A stretch of DNA of 64,000 bases from an uncultured Acidobacteriota bacterium (lineage in GTDB: Bacteria; Acidobacteriota; Terriglobia; Acidiferrales; UBA7541): NCBI GenBank assembly GCA_963709445.1, contig CAVPWV010000014.1:3930-67929 (forward strand). The letters are read 5' to 3'. Below, one piece after another: positions 17,104 through 26,321 of this stretch. A program made the position numbers and the translations under genes. The stretch's first letter is position 1, and every line of letters begins with the position of its first letter. Under the pieces are notes generated by a model that searched no databases, was not told the DNA's origin, and was given only the letters and a program-made list of their open reading frames with translations.

Positions 17104-17650
17104 TCGCCCTCCCCTGGACGACTGATGCCTGCTGTATGATCCAGCCGGCTGCTTCCAAAAGCGACTTCGCCCGATGATCGGGACGCAAGCTGCCCGGCAG
17201 GCTCGCCTCTTCGCCGACCAAAATCGTTCGACAGCCAGCACGCTTACCGGCTTCTATATCCTTCCAACGATCGCCGACTATGAAACTACCGGCTAGGTCT
17301 ATCTTCCAATCTATGGCGGCTTGAAGCAAGAGGCCGGGATTAGGTTTACGACACGAGCATCCGTCCCGATCGTCGTGATAGCAAACTCGAACATCGTCCA
17401 CGGGAAGGTTGGCCCGAAGGCGCTGGTTGATGGCTTCAACGGATTCTAGCCTCGCCGAGCCTCGCGAAACGTCAGGCTGGTTGGTAACGACAATCAACAG
17501 AAACCTCGCTTCTTTAAGGAGTGCACAGGCCTCGGACACTCCGGGCAAGATGCGGAACTCGTCAAGTGTGACGGGCGGGCAGGATACCCCCGCTCGCCAA
17601 ATAGCCTGGTTCAGAACGCCATCCCGATCAAGAAAGATGGTTCGCGGCAT
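17090..17650 (-). CDS. gmhB: D,D-heptose 1,7-bisphosphate phosphatase-like HAD hydrolase
   Basis: IFLDRDGVLN, LIVVTNQPDVSRG, CYHDDRDGCSCRKPNPGLL, FIVGDRWKDIEAGKRAG. Confidence 0.8.
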   Translation of the reverse strand: MPRTIFLDRDGVLNQAIWRAGVSCPPVTLDEFRILPGVSEACALLKEARFLLIVVTNQPDVSRGSARLESVEAINQRLRANLPVDDVRVCYHDDRDGCSCRKPNPGLLLQAAIDWKIDLAGSFIVGDRWKDIEAGKRAGCRTILVGEEASLPGSLRPDHRAKSLLEAAGWIIQQASVVQGRASEIP

Positions 17651-17654
17651 CGTT

Positions 17655-18329
17655 TTATCTTACCGATTCCCACTTCATTTCGGCAACTTTCAGCCGTGGA
17701 TGCGAAACGAGCAGGTGCCACATAAGCGCCTGAAACGCCTCGGTATGCGGGGTAATCGTCGCCGGATTCACCACAGGCACGACAATGCAGGCGTCAGCCA
17801 CGCGGGCGGTGAAGCCGCCGTCGCGCCCCACAACTCCGCAGATCCGAGCGCCCACCTGCTGGGCATATTCCAGCGCCCGAACTAGATTGGAGCTAATCTT
17901 GCGCTCCAGGTCACCTCCGCCTACCGAAAAAACAAAGACGGCATCGTTACTACTGAGCCGACTGGCTTGTAGCCAGTTGGCGTAAGCGGTGTCCCAACCA
18001 TCGTCGTTCACTCGCGCGGTCAATTCGCTCACGTTATCCGCCGGGGTATAGGCTTCGATCTTCGCGATTTTCCGAAAATCACAGACGGCGTGTGAAGCGT
18101 GACCGGCGCCGCCGCCCACGCCTACAAAGAACAGGCGGCCGCCGCGATTGCGCAGGTCGGCGAGCAGTTCGGCGGTGCGTTCAATCGCAGCCGAGTCGAT
18201 CCGTTTCAGGATTTCTATGGCTTCCTGCAAATAAGCGACCGCGTAGCTCGACGGTTCCTCCTCCCGCATGCGCGCCATAGGTTCCTCCGGTCTCGACTTC
18301 GCGTACCGTGTATCTTGGTATCTTGCCAC
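17655..18329 (-). CDS. gmhA: SIS-domain sugar-phosphate isomerase (sedoheptulose-7-phosphate isomerase-like)
   Basis: RLFFVGVGGGAGHASHAVCDF, DAVFVFSVGGG, GARICGVVGRDGG, plus its position between gmhB and the heptose kinase. The specific substrate is inferred from context. Confidence 0.65.
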   Translation of the reverse strand: MARYQDTRYAKSRPEEPMARMREEEPSSYAVAYLQEAIEILKRIDSAAIERTAELLADLRNRGGRLFFVGVGGGAGHASHAVCDFRKIAKIEAYTPADNVSELTARVNDDGWDTAYANWLQASRLSSNDAVFVFSVGGGDLERKISSNLVRALEYAQQVGARICGVVGRDGGFTARVADACIVVPVVNPATITPHTEAFQALMWHLLVSHPRLKVAEMKWESVR

Positions 18330-18367
18330 ATACTGGGGTCCGAACGGCGGAAACGGATGATGCCGAA

Positions 18368-19447
18368 TCAGGTGTCGTCACGGACGAAAACATGATTTCG
18401 GGACGGCTGGACGGGTTCGTCTAGCAGGCGCTGGTTGTGGGCCAAGCGTTGATCACGAGAGAGGATGTCGAGTACTACCTTGCTGCCTTCGAATTCGAAA
18501 CGGAAATTCAGCTCTCTTAGGCCGGCACCACGCATCGCCTCCCGCAGGCGACGCTTGTCATGCTCGCAGTACAGCATCAAGAAGCCGCCGCCACCAGCAC
18601 CAGAGATTTTCCCGCCAATTGCTCCGTTGCGCCGGGCGAGTTCATACCAAGCGTCGATCTCAGGGTTCGTGATGCCATGTGTCAGCCGTTTCTTTGCCTG
18701 CCAGTGCACGTCCATCAGCTCGCCGAACCGGCGCAGGTTTCCCTTAACGATTTCATCGCGGATCTCGAGCCCAATGTCTTTGATCTCCTTCAAATTCCCC
18801 ACAACATTCGTGTCCCTACTCTTTGAAGCGGTGTCCTGCCGGGTGAGAATTTCCGTGGCGTCCCGGGTGGCATGCGTGTAGAAGAGGAGCAGGTTATTCT
18901 CGAGCGCTTCAACAAGTTCGGTGCCTACCGCCAACCTTTCCACCTGTACTCCGCCGCTCCGGTTAATCGTCAGGGAAGTGAGACCGCCAAACGCGGCCAT
19001 GTATTGGTCCTGCTTGCCAATTGGTTTCTTTAGGATGTTGAGTTCGATGTGGCAGGCCTCTTCAGCAAGCTCCTGAGGCGGCACAGGCCTCTGAGTCAGG
19101 GCCCGCAGCGCGTTGAGCAAGCCAACCAGATAACAGCTGGAAGACCCCAGCCCGGTTCCCGCCGGGATGTCCGCCACTGAAACGATCTCCACCCCCGTGG
19201 TCAGCGAAAACGCCTTTATTCCCTCCCGAGCCAACGTGTGTTCCACTTCATCAACGTGGTCCACGAGCTCCGATTTCGAATATCGCACCCGGATTTTGTC
19301 GTCGATAATGGGTGTGTTCACGTTGATGAACATGTACTTGTCGATCCCAACAGCAAGAACGAACCCGCCATGTTCTTGGTAGAAGGACGGTAAATCCGTG
19401 CCTCCTCCGCCGAGAGTAAGTCGAAACGGAGTTCGAGTAATGATCAT
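18368..19447 (-). CDS. hddA: GHMP-family sugar kinase, HddA (D-glycero-D-manno-heptose 7-phosphate kinase)-like
   Basis: MIITRTPFRLTLGGGGTDLPSFY, IPAGTGLGSSSCYLVGLLNAL, GKQDQYMAAFGG, KISGAGGGGF. Confidence 0.8.
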   Translation of the reverse strand: MIITRTPFRLTLGGGGTDLPSFYQEHGGFVLAVGIDKYMFINVNTPIIDDKIRVRYSKSELVDHVDEVEHTLAREGIKAFSLTTGVEIVSVADIPAGTGLGSSSCYLVGLLNALRALTQRPVPPQELAEEACHIELNILKKPIGKQDQYMAAFGGLTSLTINRSGGVQVERLAVGTELVEALENNLLLFYTHATRDATEILTRQDTASKSRDTNVVGNLKEIKDIGLEIRDEIVKGNLRRFGELMDVHWQAKKRLTHGITNPEIDAWYELARRNGAIGGKISGAGGGGFLMLYCEHDKRRLREAMRGAGLRELNFRFEFEGSKVVLDILSRDQRLAHNQRLLDEPVQPSRNHVFVRDDT

Positions 19448-20475
19448 GGGCGCTCCGCAGTCGAAGCGGGGATCCCGACCCAGGCATGTTCCGCTGCGCT
19501 CCGATACGCTGCATCAACTAACACCTGAGTCTGCATTCCCAGCAGAGCAGTATCCAGGGAATTTGCTCCATTCTCGATCAGCTCTACAAACTGACGCCAC
19601 TCACGGTCCCAAGAACTGTCAGTTTCATCGAAAGTGAATGCCTCTTCGACGGGTCTCCCGTGAGTTTCTTGCCGCTTGCCCCAAATCAAGCGCTGGCGGC
19701 CGTAATGTCCGTCGCGACCCTCCAGCCGGAGATACCCATCTCGACCGAAAATTTCTATCTCGAGGATATTCCTCCACTGAGTCCAACTAACGTGTAGTTG
19801 CGCGAATTGGCCGGCAGCTGTTTCAAAGAGGCAGAAACAGTTGTCCTCGGTTTCGGGAAAACCCCAGAAATATCGCTTCGTCTCCGCCATCACTCTGACT
19901 GGCTCACCAAGAAACACACGCACCAGATCGACGATATGGATGCCCTGCTCCTGAAGGACACCGCCTCCGGAAAGATCCGCGTCGGTGCACCAATGCTCCT
20001 CATAGCGCGGGCGCCCGCCGTGTCCGTAGCGGCAGCGCAGAAAATAAGGGATGCCGATCGCTCCGCGCGCCAGAAGTTCCTGCGCTTTCCGAACGTGACC
20101 CATTTGGCGGTAATTGAAGCCGGTCTTCAAAACGCGTCCGGAGCGCTGGGCGGCTTTCACAATTTGATCAGCTTCGTACGCAGTGCGGGCCAACGGCTTC
20201 TCACATAGTACATGCTTGCCTGCCTCAAGTGCCCCAATTGCAATCTCAGCGTGGAATTTGGTCGGTGTGGAGACGATAACGGCATCGACTTCGCGGTTCG
20301 AAACGGCCTCACGCCAGTCAGCAGTGGCAACCGCTGAAGAAACAGCCGCGAGTTCGTTTGCACGTCCCAGGTCAATATCGGCCACGCAGGACACGCTTCC
20401 TCGTTTCGATTCCAGGATCGATTTCGCCCGGATGCGTCCGATTCCTCCGGCACCAACAATCGCCACGGATAGCAT
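19444..20475 (-). CDS. Gfo/Idh/MocA family NAD(P)-dependent oxidoreductase
   Basis: SVAIVGAGGIGRIRA, AVIVSTPTKFHAEIAIGALEAGKHVLCEKPLA. 4-nt overlap with the hddA-like gene. Confidence 0.85.
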   Translation of the reverse strand: MLSVAIVGAGGIGRIRAKSILESKRGSVSCVADIDLGRANELAAVSSAVATADWREAVSNREVDAVIVSTPTKFHAEIAIGALEAGKHVLCEKPLARTAYEADQIVKAAQRSGRVLKTGFNYRQMGHVRKAQELLARGAIGIPYFLRCRYGHGGRPRYEEHWCTDADLSGGGVLQEQGIHIVDLVRVFLGEPVRVMAETKRYFWGFPETEDNCFCLFETAAGQFAQLHVSWTQWRNILEIEIFGRDGYLRLEGRDGHYGRQRLIWGKRQETHGRPVEEAFTFDETDSSWDREWRQFVELIENGANSLDTALLGMQTQVLVDAAYRSAAEHAWVGIPASTAERP

Positions 20476-20476
20476 G

Positions 20477-21319
20477 CTAATTTAGTGGCACCCTGCGCAG
20501 CGTCCACGCTTCCGAATTGGCAAGTTTTTCGATCTTGCCTTCGAGACCATCCCAGTCATCCCAAAGTGCGCTTACCAACCTGCCGGTCACGCCATTAGAC
20601 CGATCCGAGGCCAGGAAAACGGTGAGCGCCGCTGCGCGGTCGGGCGAGGCGCCTCCTGATTCCTGCATCCGCCTCAGTTCCTCGAGCAACTCATCCCCCC
20701 CGGCGCGACCAGCCAACCGCATCTCATCCCACATGCGGCTCTTGATCGGTCCCGGGGCAACGGCGTTGACCTGTACGCCTGCGCCCTCCAGCTCCCGAGC
20801 CAAACTCTCCGTGAACCGGACGAGCGCCGCCTTGGCACTACTGTAGGCAGTGAAATATGGGCGGCCGTACGCAGCGCCTCCTCCAGACAAAAAGATGATC
20901 TTGCCATGGCCGCGACGCCTAAAAGCTGGGAGAACCGCCCTCGCCAGATAAACCGGGCCAATTAAATTCACGTCCAACGCTCTGTTCCAGTCTTCGGGGT
21001 CTGTGTCCTCAAGCCCGCCGATGGGTCCGATAACTCCGGCGCAGTTCACGAGCACATCGATACGGGAGAAATCAGTCTCTACCTGATGAAAGGTTTCCCG
21101 AAGGGTCTGCCACTGGGTAACTTCAAGCGGGTAGAAACTGACATTGCGTCGGTCGCCGGACAACTCGGCGATAAGTTCTCGCGGGGGTTCAGTGCGGTAG
21201 GTAAGCGCGAGGTGCGCTCCCTCTTCGGAGAATCGCTTGGCGATCGCGCTACCAATCGCACCCGACGCACCGACGATCACACACACCTTATCCTGTAACT
21301 CCTTAACCTTTGCGCTCAC
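20477..21319 (-). CDS. Short-chain dehydrogenase/reductase (SDR)
   Basis: VIVGASGAIGSAIA, NCAGV, YSSAKAAL (YxxxK), APGPIKS. Confidence 0.85.
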   Translation of the reverse strand: MSAKVKELQDKVCVIVGASGAIGSAIAKRFSEEGAHLALTYRTEPPRELIAELSGDRRNVSFYPLEVTQWQTLRETFHQVETDFSRIDVLVNCAGVIGPIGGLEDTDPEDWNRALDVNLIGPVYLARAVLPAFRRRGHGKIIFLSGGGAAYGRPYFTAYSSAKAALVRFTESLARELEGAGVQVNAVAPGPIKSRMWDEMRLAGRAGGDELLEELRRMQESGGASPDRAAALTVFLASDRSNGVTGRLVSALWDDWDGLEGKIEKLANSEAWTLRRVPLN

Positions 21320-21342
21320 CTATCCTCCACGCACAAATGCGT

Positions 21343-22293
21343 TCAGACAAGAGCCTGCCTTACGTTTCCTGTGAGTGTTTGGAAATACTGGACAGTGCGT
21401 CGCGCCCCTTCCTCAAGCGACACGCGGGGCACCCAACCAAGCAGTTCCCTCGCTTTGGAGATGTCCAGGCATATCCTATCGATCTCCCCCGCTCGCTTCG
21501 GAACGTATTTGGGCTCGAGCCCCTGAATTCCGAGACCGTGCCGCACCTTAGCGAATATCTCGTAATCGCTCGTTGGCACACCGTCGGCAATATTGAAGAT
21601 TTCCCCAGTTCCACGTTCGAGTGCCAGGAGATTTGCCTCGGCCACGTCCTCGATGTAGACGTAGTCACGCAACTTGCTACCGTCGCCGTATATAACCGGC
21701 CGAGTGCCAGCCAACATCTGCTCACAAAAAATCGCAAAAACCCCCGCCTCGCCTTTCGAGCTTTGCCGTGGGCCATAAACGTTGCCGTAGCGCAGCACGA
21801 CGTAGGGCAATCCATAGAGTGCCGCGAATGTGAACAAGTAGTGCTCGACCGTATGCTTGCTGATACCGTAGGGCGTGATCGGGTTGATGGGGTAGTCCTC
21901 CGGGACCGGCATTTTCTTGGGCTCGCCGTAAGCCGCTCCGGCCGACGAAATGTAGACGAAGCGCCGGACCTCATGTGCGATCGCAAGTTCAAGCAGATTG
22001 ATCGATCCCAGGATATTCACTGAGGCGTCGAAGATCGGTTCCTGCACTCCCCGGCGAACATCCATTTGCGCCGCGTGATGGTTCACAGCGTTGGGTTTTT
22101 CGCCCGCAAAGACTTTTTCAACGAAATCGCGGTCAAGGATATCGCCACGATAGAAGCGCGCCTGTGCGGGAATGTTCTTTTCCGAGCCGCGAGACAAATC
22201 GTCAATAATCGCCACGTCATGCCCTGCGGCGATGTACGCGTCGGCCACATGCGATCCAATGAATCCCGCGCCGCCCGTTAGTAAGATCTTCAT
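21343..22293 (-). CDS. NAD-dependent sugar-nucleotide epimerase/dehydratase (GalE-like extended SDR)
   Basis: MKILLTGGAGFIGSHV, FVYISSAGAAYG, YGISKHTVEHY, LRYGNVYGPRQ. Confidence 0.85.
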   Translation of the reverse strand: MKILLTGGAGFIGSHVADAYIAAGHDVAIIDDLSRGSEKNIPAQARFYRGDILDRDFVEKVFAGEKPNAVNHHAAQMDVRRGVQEPIFDASVNILGSINLLELAIAHEVRRFVYISSAGAAYGEPKKMPVPEDYPINPITPYGISKHTVEHYLFTFAALYGLPYVVLRYGNVYGPRQSSKGEAGVFAIFCEQMLAGTRPVIYGDGSKLRDYVYIEDVAEANLLALERGTGEIFNIADGVPTSDYEIFAKVRHGLGIQGLEPKYVPKRAGEIDRICLDISKARELLGWVPRVSLEEGARRTVQYFQTLTGNVRQALV

Positions 22294-22349
22294 CCTAGTC
22301 TCCTCTGTAGGTTGCCGCGCCGGCCCGGTACGGAAGGGCTCACGCTACA

Positions 22350-23534
22350 CTATGACGGAACGGTCCGGATTACTCGGCGGTTTATCTCCGCCAGCATTTC
22401 GAAATTTCGCTTCGCAGTATAGTTCGCCTCATACTCGGCGCGGGCGTTGAGCCCCATTCTTTGCGTTGCTTCAGGGTGAGTCCAGGCCCATTCAATCTTG
22501 GCCGCCAAGTCCTCGGGATCACCGGGCGTGAAGTGGACGCCGGTGCGCGAGTCCTCCACTAGATCAATCATCGAACCAATCCGTGAAGCAACCACCGGGA
22601 CGCCGCAGGCAAAAGCTTCGGCTATCGTAAGCGGCAGTCCTTCGTACCATTCGCTGGGGAACACAAGGAACCTCGCGCGTTTCATTTCGGCCAGGGTTTC
22701 GGCGTTGGACAACCGGCCGAGCACGGCAACTCCGGCGATGGCCCTCTGCTTGATTTGGGCCTCCATCTCCGCCCGCAACGGTCCATCGCCTGCGATTCGC
22801 AGCGGTACGCGCCCTTTAAGATTCTCCCACGCGGCGATCAATGTCCGTAGTCCCTTTTCCGCAGAAAGTCGCCCGACAAACAACACGGTATCCCCGGAAC
22901 CAAGACGCAGCCCTGGGTCGGGATGCACAAAGCAAGGCTTAACCACGATTCGATCTGCCGGCAGCCCGCCCTGGATGAACTTCTCGCGGGCAAAGTTCGT
23001 GCGCGCGATGTAGCAATCCACTTTTTCTTTCCACGTTCCCAACGCACGCTGAGTGGCAAGCATCAAGGCAACCGTAGCAGACGCCCTGCGTGAATCTTTA
23101 TAGCAGCCGTGCCAAACGCTGCGGAATAAAGTATGTTTGACGCATTCTTCGCACACACGCCCCTGCCGGAGAAAGTTGCCCGCCGGACAAAGGAGCCTGT
23201 AATTGTGTAGCGTCTGCACCACAGGAACCGAGGCTTCAGCACAGGCATCGTATGCCGATGGGGAGATCAGCGGCACGATGTTGTGAATGTAGGCCACCTC
23301 GGGCCGATCCTTGGCCAACAAAGAACGGAGATCGCGATAGGTTGTCTTGGACCACAGCGCCGCCGCTCCGAGCCGAATCCGGCTGCCGAACCCATTGAGC
23401 TCGATCTCGCTGCTATCACGCGCATACTCGACAACCTTGTGCCCGGCAGCAGCTAATAGGTCACGTTCCTGGCGGACACCTGCGTCTTCTCCGCCTGGCT
23501 GCTGGTAGTAGTTATGGATGAACAGAATCACCAT
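22350..23534 (-). CDS. Glycosyltransferase family 4
   Basis: MVILFIHNYYQQPGGED, FVGRLSAEKG, FPSEWYEGLPLTIAEAFACGVPVVASRIGS. Confidence 0.85.
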   Translation of the reverse strand: MVILFIHNYYQQPGGEDAGVRQERDLLAAAGHKVVEYARDSSEIELNGFGSRIRLGAAALWSKTTYRDLRSLLAKDRPEVAYIHNIVPLISPSAYDACAEASVPVVQTLHNYRLLCPAGNFLRQGRVCEECVKHTLFRSVWHGCYKDSRRASATVALMLATQRALGTWKEKVDCYIARTNFAREKFIQGGLPADRIVVKPCFVHPDPGLRLGSGDTVLFVGRLSAEKGLRTLIAAWENLKGRVPLRIAGDGPLRAEMEAQIKQRAIAGVAVLGRLSNAETLAEMKRARFLVFPSEWYEGLPLTIAEAFACGVPVVASRIGSMIDLVEDSRTGVHFTPGDPEDLAAKIEWAWTHPEATQRMGLNARAEYEANYTAKRNFEMLAEINRRVIRTVPS

Positions 23535-23631
23535 GACAAATTACACTCAAGTACCCTTTCCGGTCACCTTGCAAGTACGGACCTCCACAACCCAGGCCGC
23601 GATTGCGAGCACCATAGTGCGTGCGCGCCGA

Positions 23632-24519
23632 TCAGGCTCGCCGACGGGCATAGATCAAGACGTCGTGCAGGTGGTCCCTCAGAGCTCGCGGTCGAAGGTC
23701 GGCGTAGACCTCGTAATCGAAACCCTCCCCCTCCAGCATAGTTAAGACGCGACTCAGATGGGAGGGCTCCCCCGACAACGGATGGTGATACTCGACCACC
23801 ATCTGCCGCACATTTCTTAGACTTCCCTCCACGGCCAAATCCTTTAGGAGGCGCTCCTCGGAGCCCTCCACGTCAATCTTCAGGAAGTCAACGGTCCTAT
23901 CACCCAGAAATCGGGAAAGACGTGCTGCAGGTACCGTCATTCGGCTCTCTCGTTCTCGGAGCCGACCGCGCAGCGCACTCATGGAGAGCTGGCCGGGGTT
24001 AAATTCGTCAATGTAAAAGTCGATCTCGCCTTCTGAATCCCAGAGCGCGCATTGGTGCAAGCCCACGCTTTCGAGACCGTTCCGCTCGACGTTTTCTTTG
24101 AGCATTCGGAACGTCAACGGGTCAGGCTCAAAAGCCTCAATCGTGCTATTGGGATACAGCGTCTTGAAATAAAGCGTGGCGAGGCCGAGATTTGCCCCGC
24201 AATCGAAGATCAGCGGCGCGTCCTCAGCCGAGCTGAAAAAGTACGCCTGCCGCATAAAGATCTCATGATAAGCCTGCCAGAAACTCGACGGGTCCAGATA
24301 GCCCACGCGAAAGCTTCTCCGTCCCACGACCGCCACCCTCCTGCGGGGAAGGGGCAATGCTAGCGCGATGCGGACGAGCTGTGAAAGAGTCTTGAGCTTT
24401 TCTGCGGGGGGACACGGCTCCAATAGAACGAACGATGCGTCGTGGATCACGCGAGCGAAGTTGAGCAACGTCGATCTTAGGCTCATCGCAATCGATCGTG
24501 CTGGCTTCACTCCCTTCAA
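23632..24519 (-). CDS. FkbM family methyltransferase
   Basis: IFDCGANLGLATLYF...IEAFEPDPLTFRMLKENV...EIDFY...DFLKIDVEGSE. Confidence 0.8.
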   Translation of the reverse strand: MKGVKPARSIAMSLRSTLLNFARVIHDASFVLLEPCPPAEKLKTLSQLVRIALALPLPRRRVAVVGRRSFRVGYLDPSSFWQAYHEIFMRQAYFFSSAEDAPLIFDCGANLGLATLYFKTLYPNSTIEAFEPDPLTFRMLKENVERNGLESVGLHQCALWDSEGEIDFYIDEFNPGQLSMSALRGRLRERESRMTVPAARLSRFLGDRTVDFLKIDVEGSEERLLKDLAVEGSLRNVRQMVVEYHHPLSGEPSHLSRVLTMLEGEGFDYEVYADLRPRALRDHLHDVLIYARRRA

Positions 24520-24631
24520 CTGGGTCTCGCACAGAGCACCGTCGGGGCATGGCAGACCCGTGCGCTAAGACCTCTGAGGCTGGCCTCACCACTGTGACGA
24601 AGACCCCTGGAATAATACTGTGACCGACGGC

Positions 24632-25438
24632 TCATGTGGTCTTAACCAGTACACCCAGCAGAGGCTCCTTCTCGAGTTCTCGAACTACGGCGTGGAAAGC
24701 TACATCTTTGCGCTCTGTTAACTCCCGAAAGGCAGTGTTGCCTTCTATGTCGTCGGAGATGAGCACGCCGCCCGGGCGTAGAAAAGGCCAGACCAGTTCA
24801 AACTCCATTCGCATGTTCGCGTAGGTGTGAAGGCTGTCGTGAACGAACAAACTCAGGGTGTCTATCTGCTCGAGGAGAGTCGGCAGAATCTTTCGAGTGG
24901 TTCCTCTGTGCAACCTCCAACGCATTTTGAGAAGATCATCAGGGATTGCCCATCCGACGAATTGGTCGGCGTCCCGTCCCAGCGGCGGCAGGTCGATGCT
25001 GTGAAGACTCCCTTTGCGGTTCCGATTGAGGGCTGCCAGGGCAAAAGCCGTTGTTACTCCGTAGCACACACCTGTCTCTACAACGTACTCGGGCTCTATA
25101 ATGCGCACGACCGCGTAACAGAGCCTCGCAAGTGCCAAGTCACCGCTATGAAAGGCACCGAATGGAGCTTCGGATGGCAGCGATTCCATTCTCCGGCGGA
25201 GGCCTGATTCCAGCTCTGCCCGCTCTGCCTCGTTCAGCGCCGTTTCGAGATCGCCACCCAAAGCACCACCGAGCTGCTGAATAACCGACTCCCAATCCGA
25301 GATCGCATATCGGGGCCGTCGGCTTGCCATCCACGGCAATCGCGAGCCGACGATCATTAGCGCTCGGTCCCGAAATTCGACGGGACTCTTCATTAGGACG
25401 GATATAAGTCGCGCAGCCTTCGAGTCGCCGATTCTCAT
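24632..25438 (-). CDS. Class I SAM-dependent methyltransferase (O-methyltransferase-like)
   Basis: VVETGVCYGVTTAFAL...SIDLPP...LFVHDSLHTY...LRPGGVLISDDI. Confidence 0.65.
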   Translation of the reverse strand: MRIGDSKAARLISVLMKSPVEFRDRALMIVGSRLPWMASRRPRYAISDWESVIQQLGGALGGDLETALNEAERAELESGLRRRMESLPSEAPFGAFHSGDLALARLCYAVVRIIEPEYVVETGVCYGVTTAFALAALNRNRKGSLHSIDLPPLGRDADQFVGWAIPDDLLKMRWRLHRGTTRKILPTLLEQIDTLSLFVHDSLHTYANMRMEFELVWPFLRPGGVLISDDIEGNTAFRELTERKDVAFHAVVRELEKEPLLGVLVKTT

Positions 25439-26178
25439 TTTGGCGCCAAGTTCGCACTACCCGAAGACTGAGAGTCCGATTCCCATGCCCCCTCACCCGG
25501 TACCAAGCGTTCGCTGTCACCCGAACCGAAACCATCGCCTTCCGGTACGAGCACCAGGAGCATTCGGTTCCTCGCCAAAAGGTTAGGGAGTACGCTCCCA
25601 AAGCACTGCCTCACACCCACGAAAAGCCGGTAGCGCCACGAAGGACTGGCCGGCGGATAGTCGTCGAAAAGCTCGAAGTGCTCGATTCTGAGCTGATACC
25701 GCCCAACTAGTTCCTTGATAGTCTGCGGACAAAACCAGCACGTGTGCTGAAGGTTTTCGCATGTCTTGGGGAACCTGGATAATGCGTAGAAGATAAAAAG
25801 CAGCGAAAAGGGGTTCGGGGTTGTGAGCACGAGCCTCCCGCCCGGCTTCAGGTGCGCGCGCGCCTGCCGGAGAAACAAGCCAGGGTTCGCCAAGTGTTCA
25901 ATAAGCTCGCCCGCAACAATCGTATCGAATTTCTCGCCCAGCTCAAATGATTCAGCGCTCTGGACGTGAACGTCTCTGAAGCCGTGCTTCCTCAAAAGGT
26001 CGACATTCTCGGTCGAAATGTCGATTCCAGCAACGGACGGGAACACCTCCCGCAACCGCCTGTGAAGCCAGACGGGAGAGTCAATCTCCACAACGTGGCC
26101 CGTACACCCAACGTCTAACACTTTGGGCCCCCTAACCCACTCAAGTGTTGTATCTGTCCTCGACGGAAACACTCTCAA
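25435..26178 (-). CDS. Class I SAM-dependent methyltransferase
   Basis: VLDVGCTGH...GIDIS...FDTIVAGELIEHL...LKPGGRLVLTTPNP. 4-nt overlap with the next methyltransferase. Confidence 0.8.
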   Translation of the reverse strand: MRVFPSRTDTTLEWVRGPKVLDVGCTGHVVEIDSPVWLHRRLREVFPSVAGIDISTENVDLLRKHGFRDVHVQSAESFELGEKFDTIVAGELIEHLANPGLFLRQARAHLKPGGRLVLTTPNPFSLLFIFYALSRFPKTCENLQHTCWFCPQTIKELVGRYQLRIEHFELFDDYPPASPSWRYRLFVGVRQCFGSVLPNLLARNRMLLVLVPEGDGFGSGDSERLVPGEGAWESDSQSSGSANLAPK

Positions 26179-26321
26179 CCCCCTTTATTGCTCGGCAACC
26201 TCAAGGCACAGAAAATAACAATCGACGCGGTGTCTTGGGCGCCTGCGAACGTTGGATAGTTCGAGCATTCCACCCAGCACTTAAAACTCAATGTAGCATG
26301 GAAATAGCGGACCTGGCCGTT

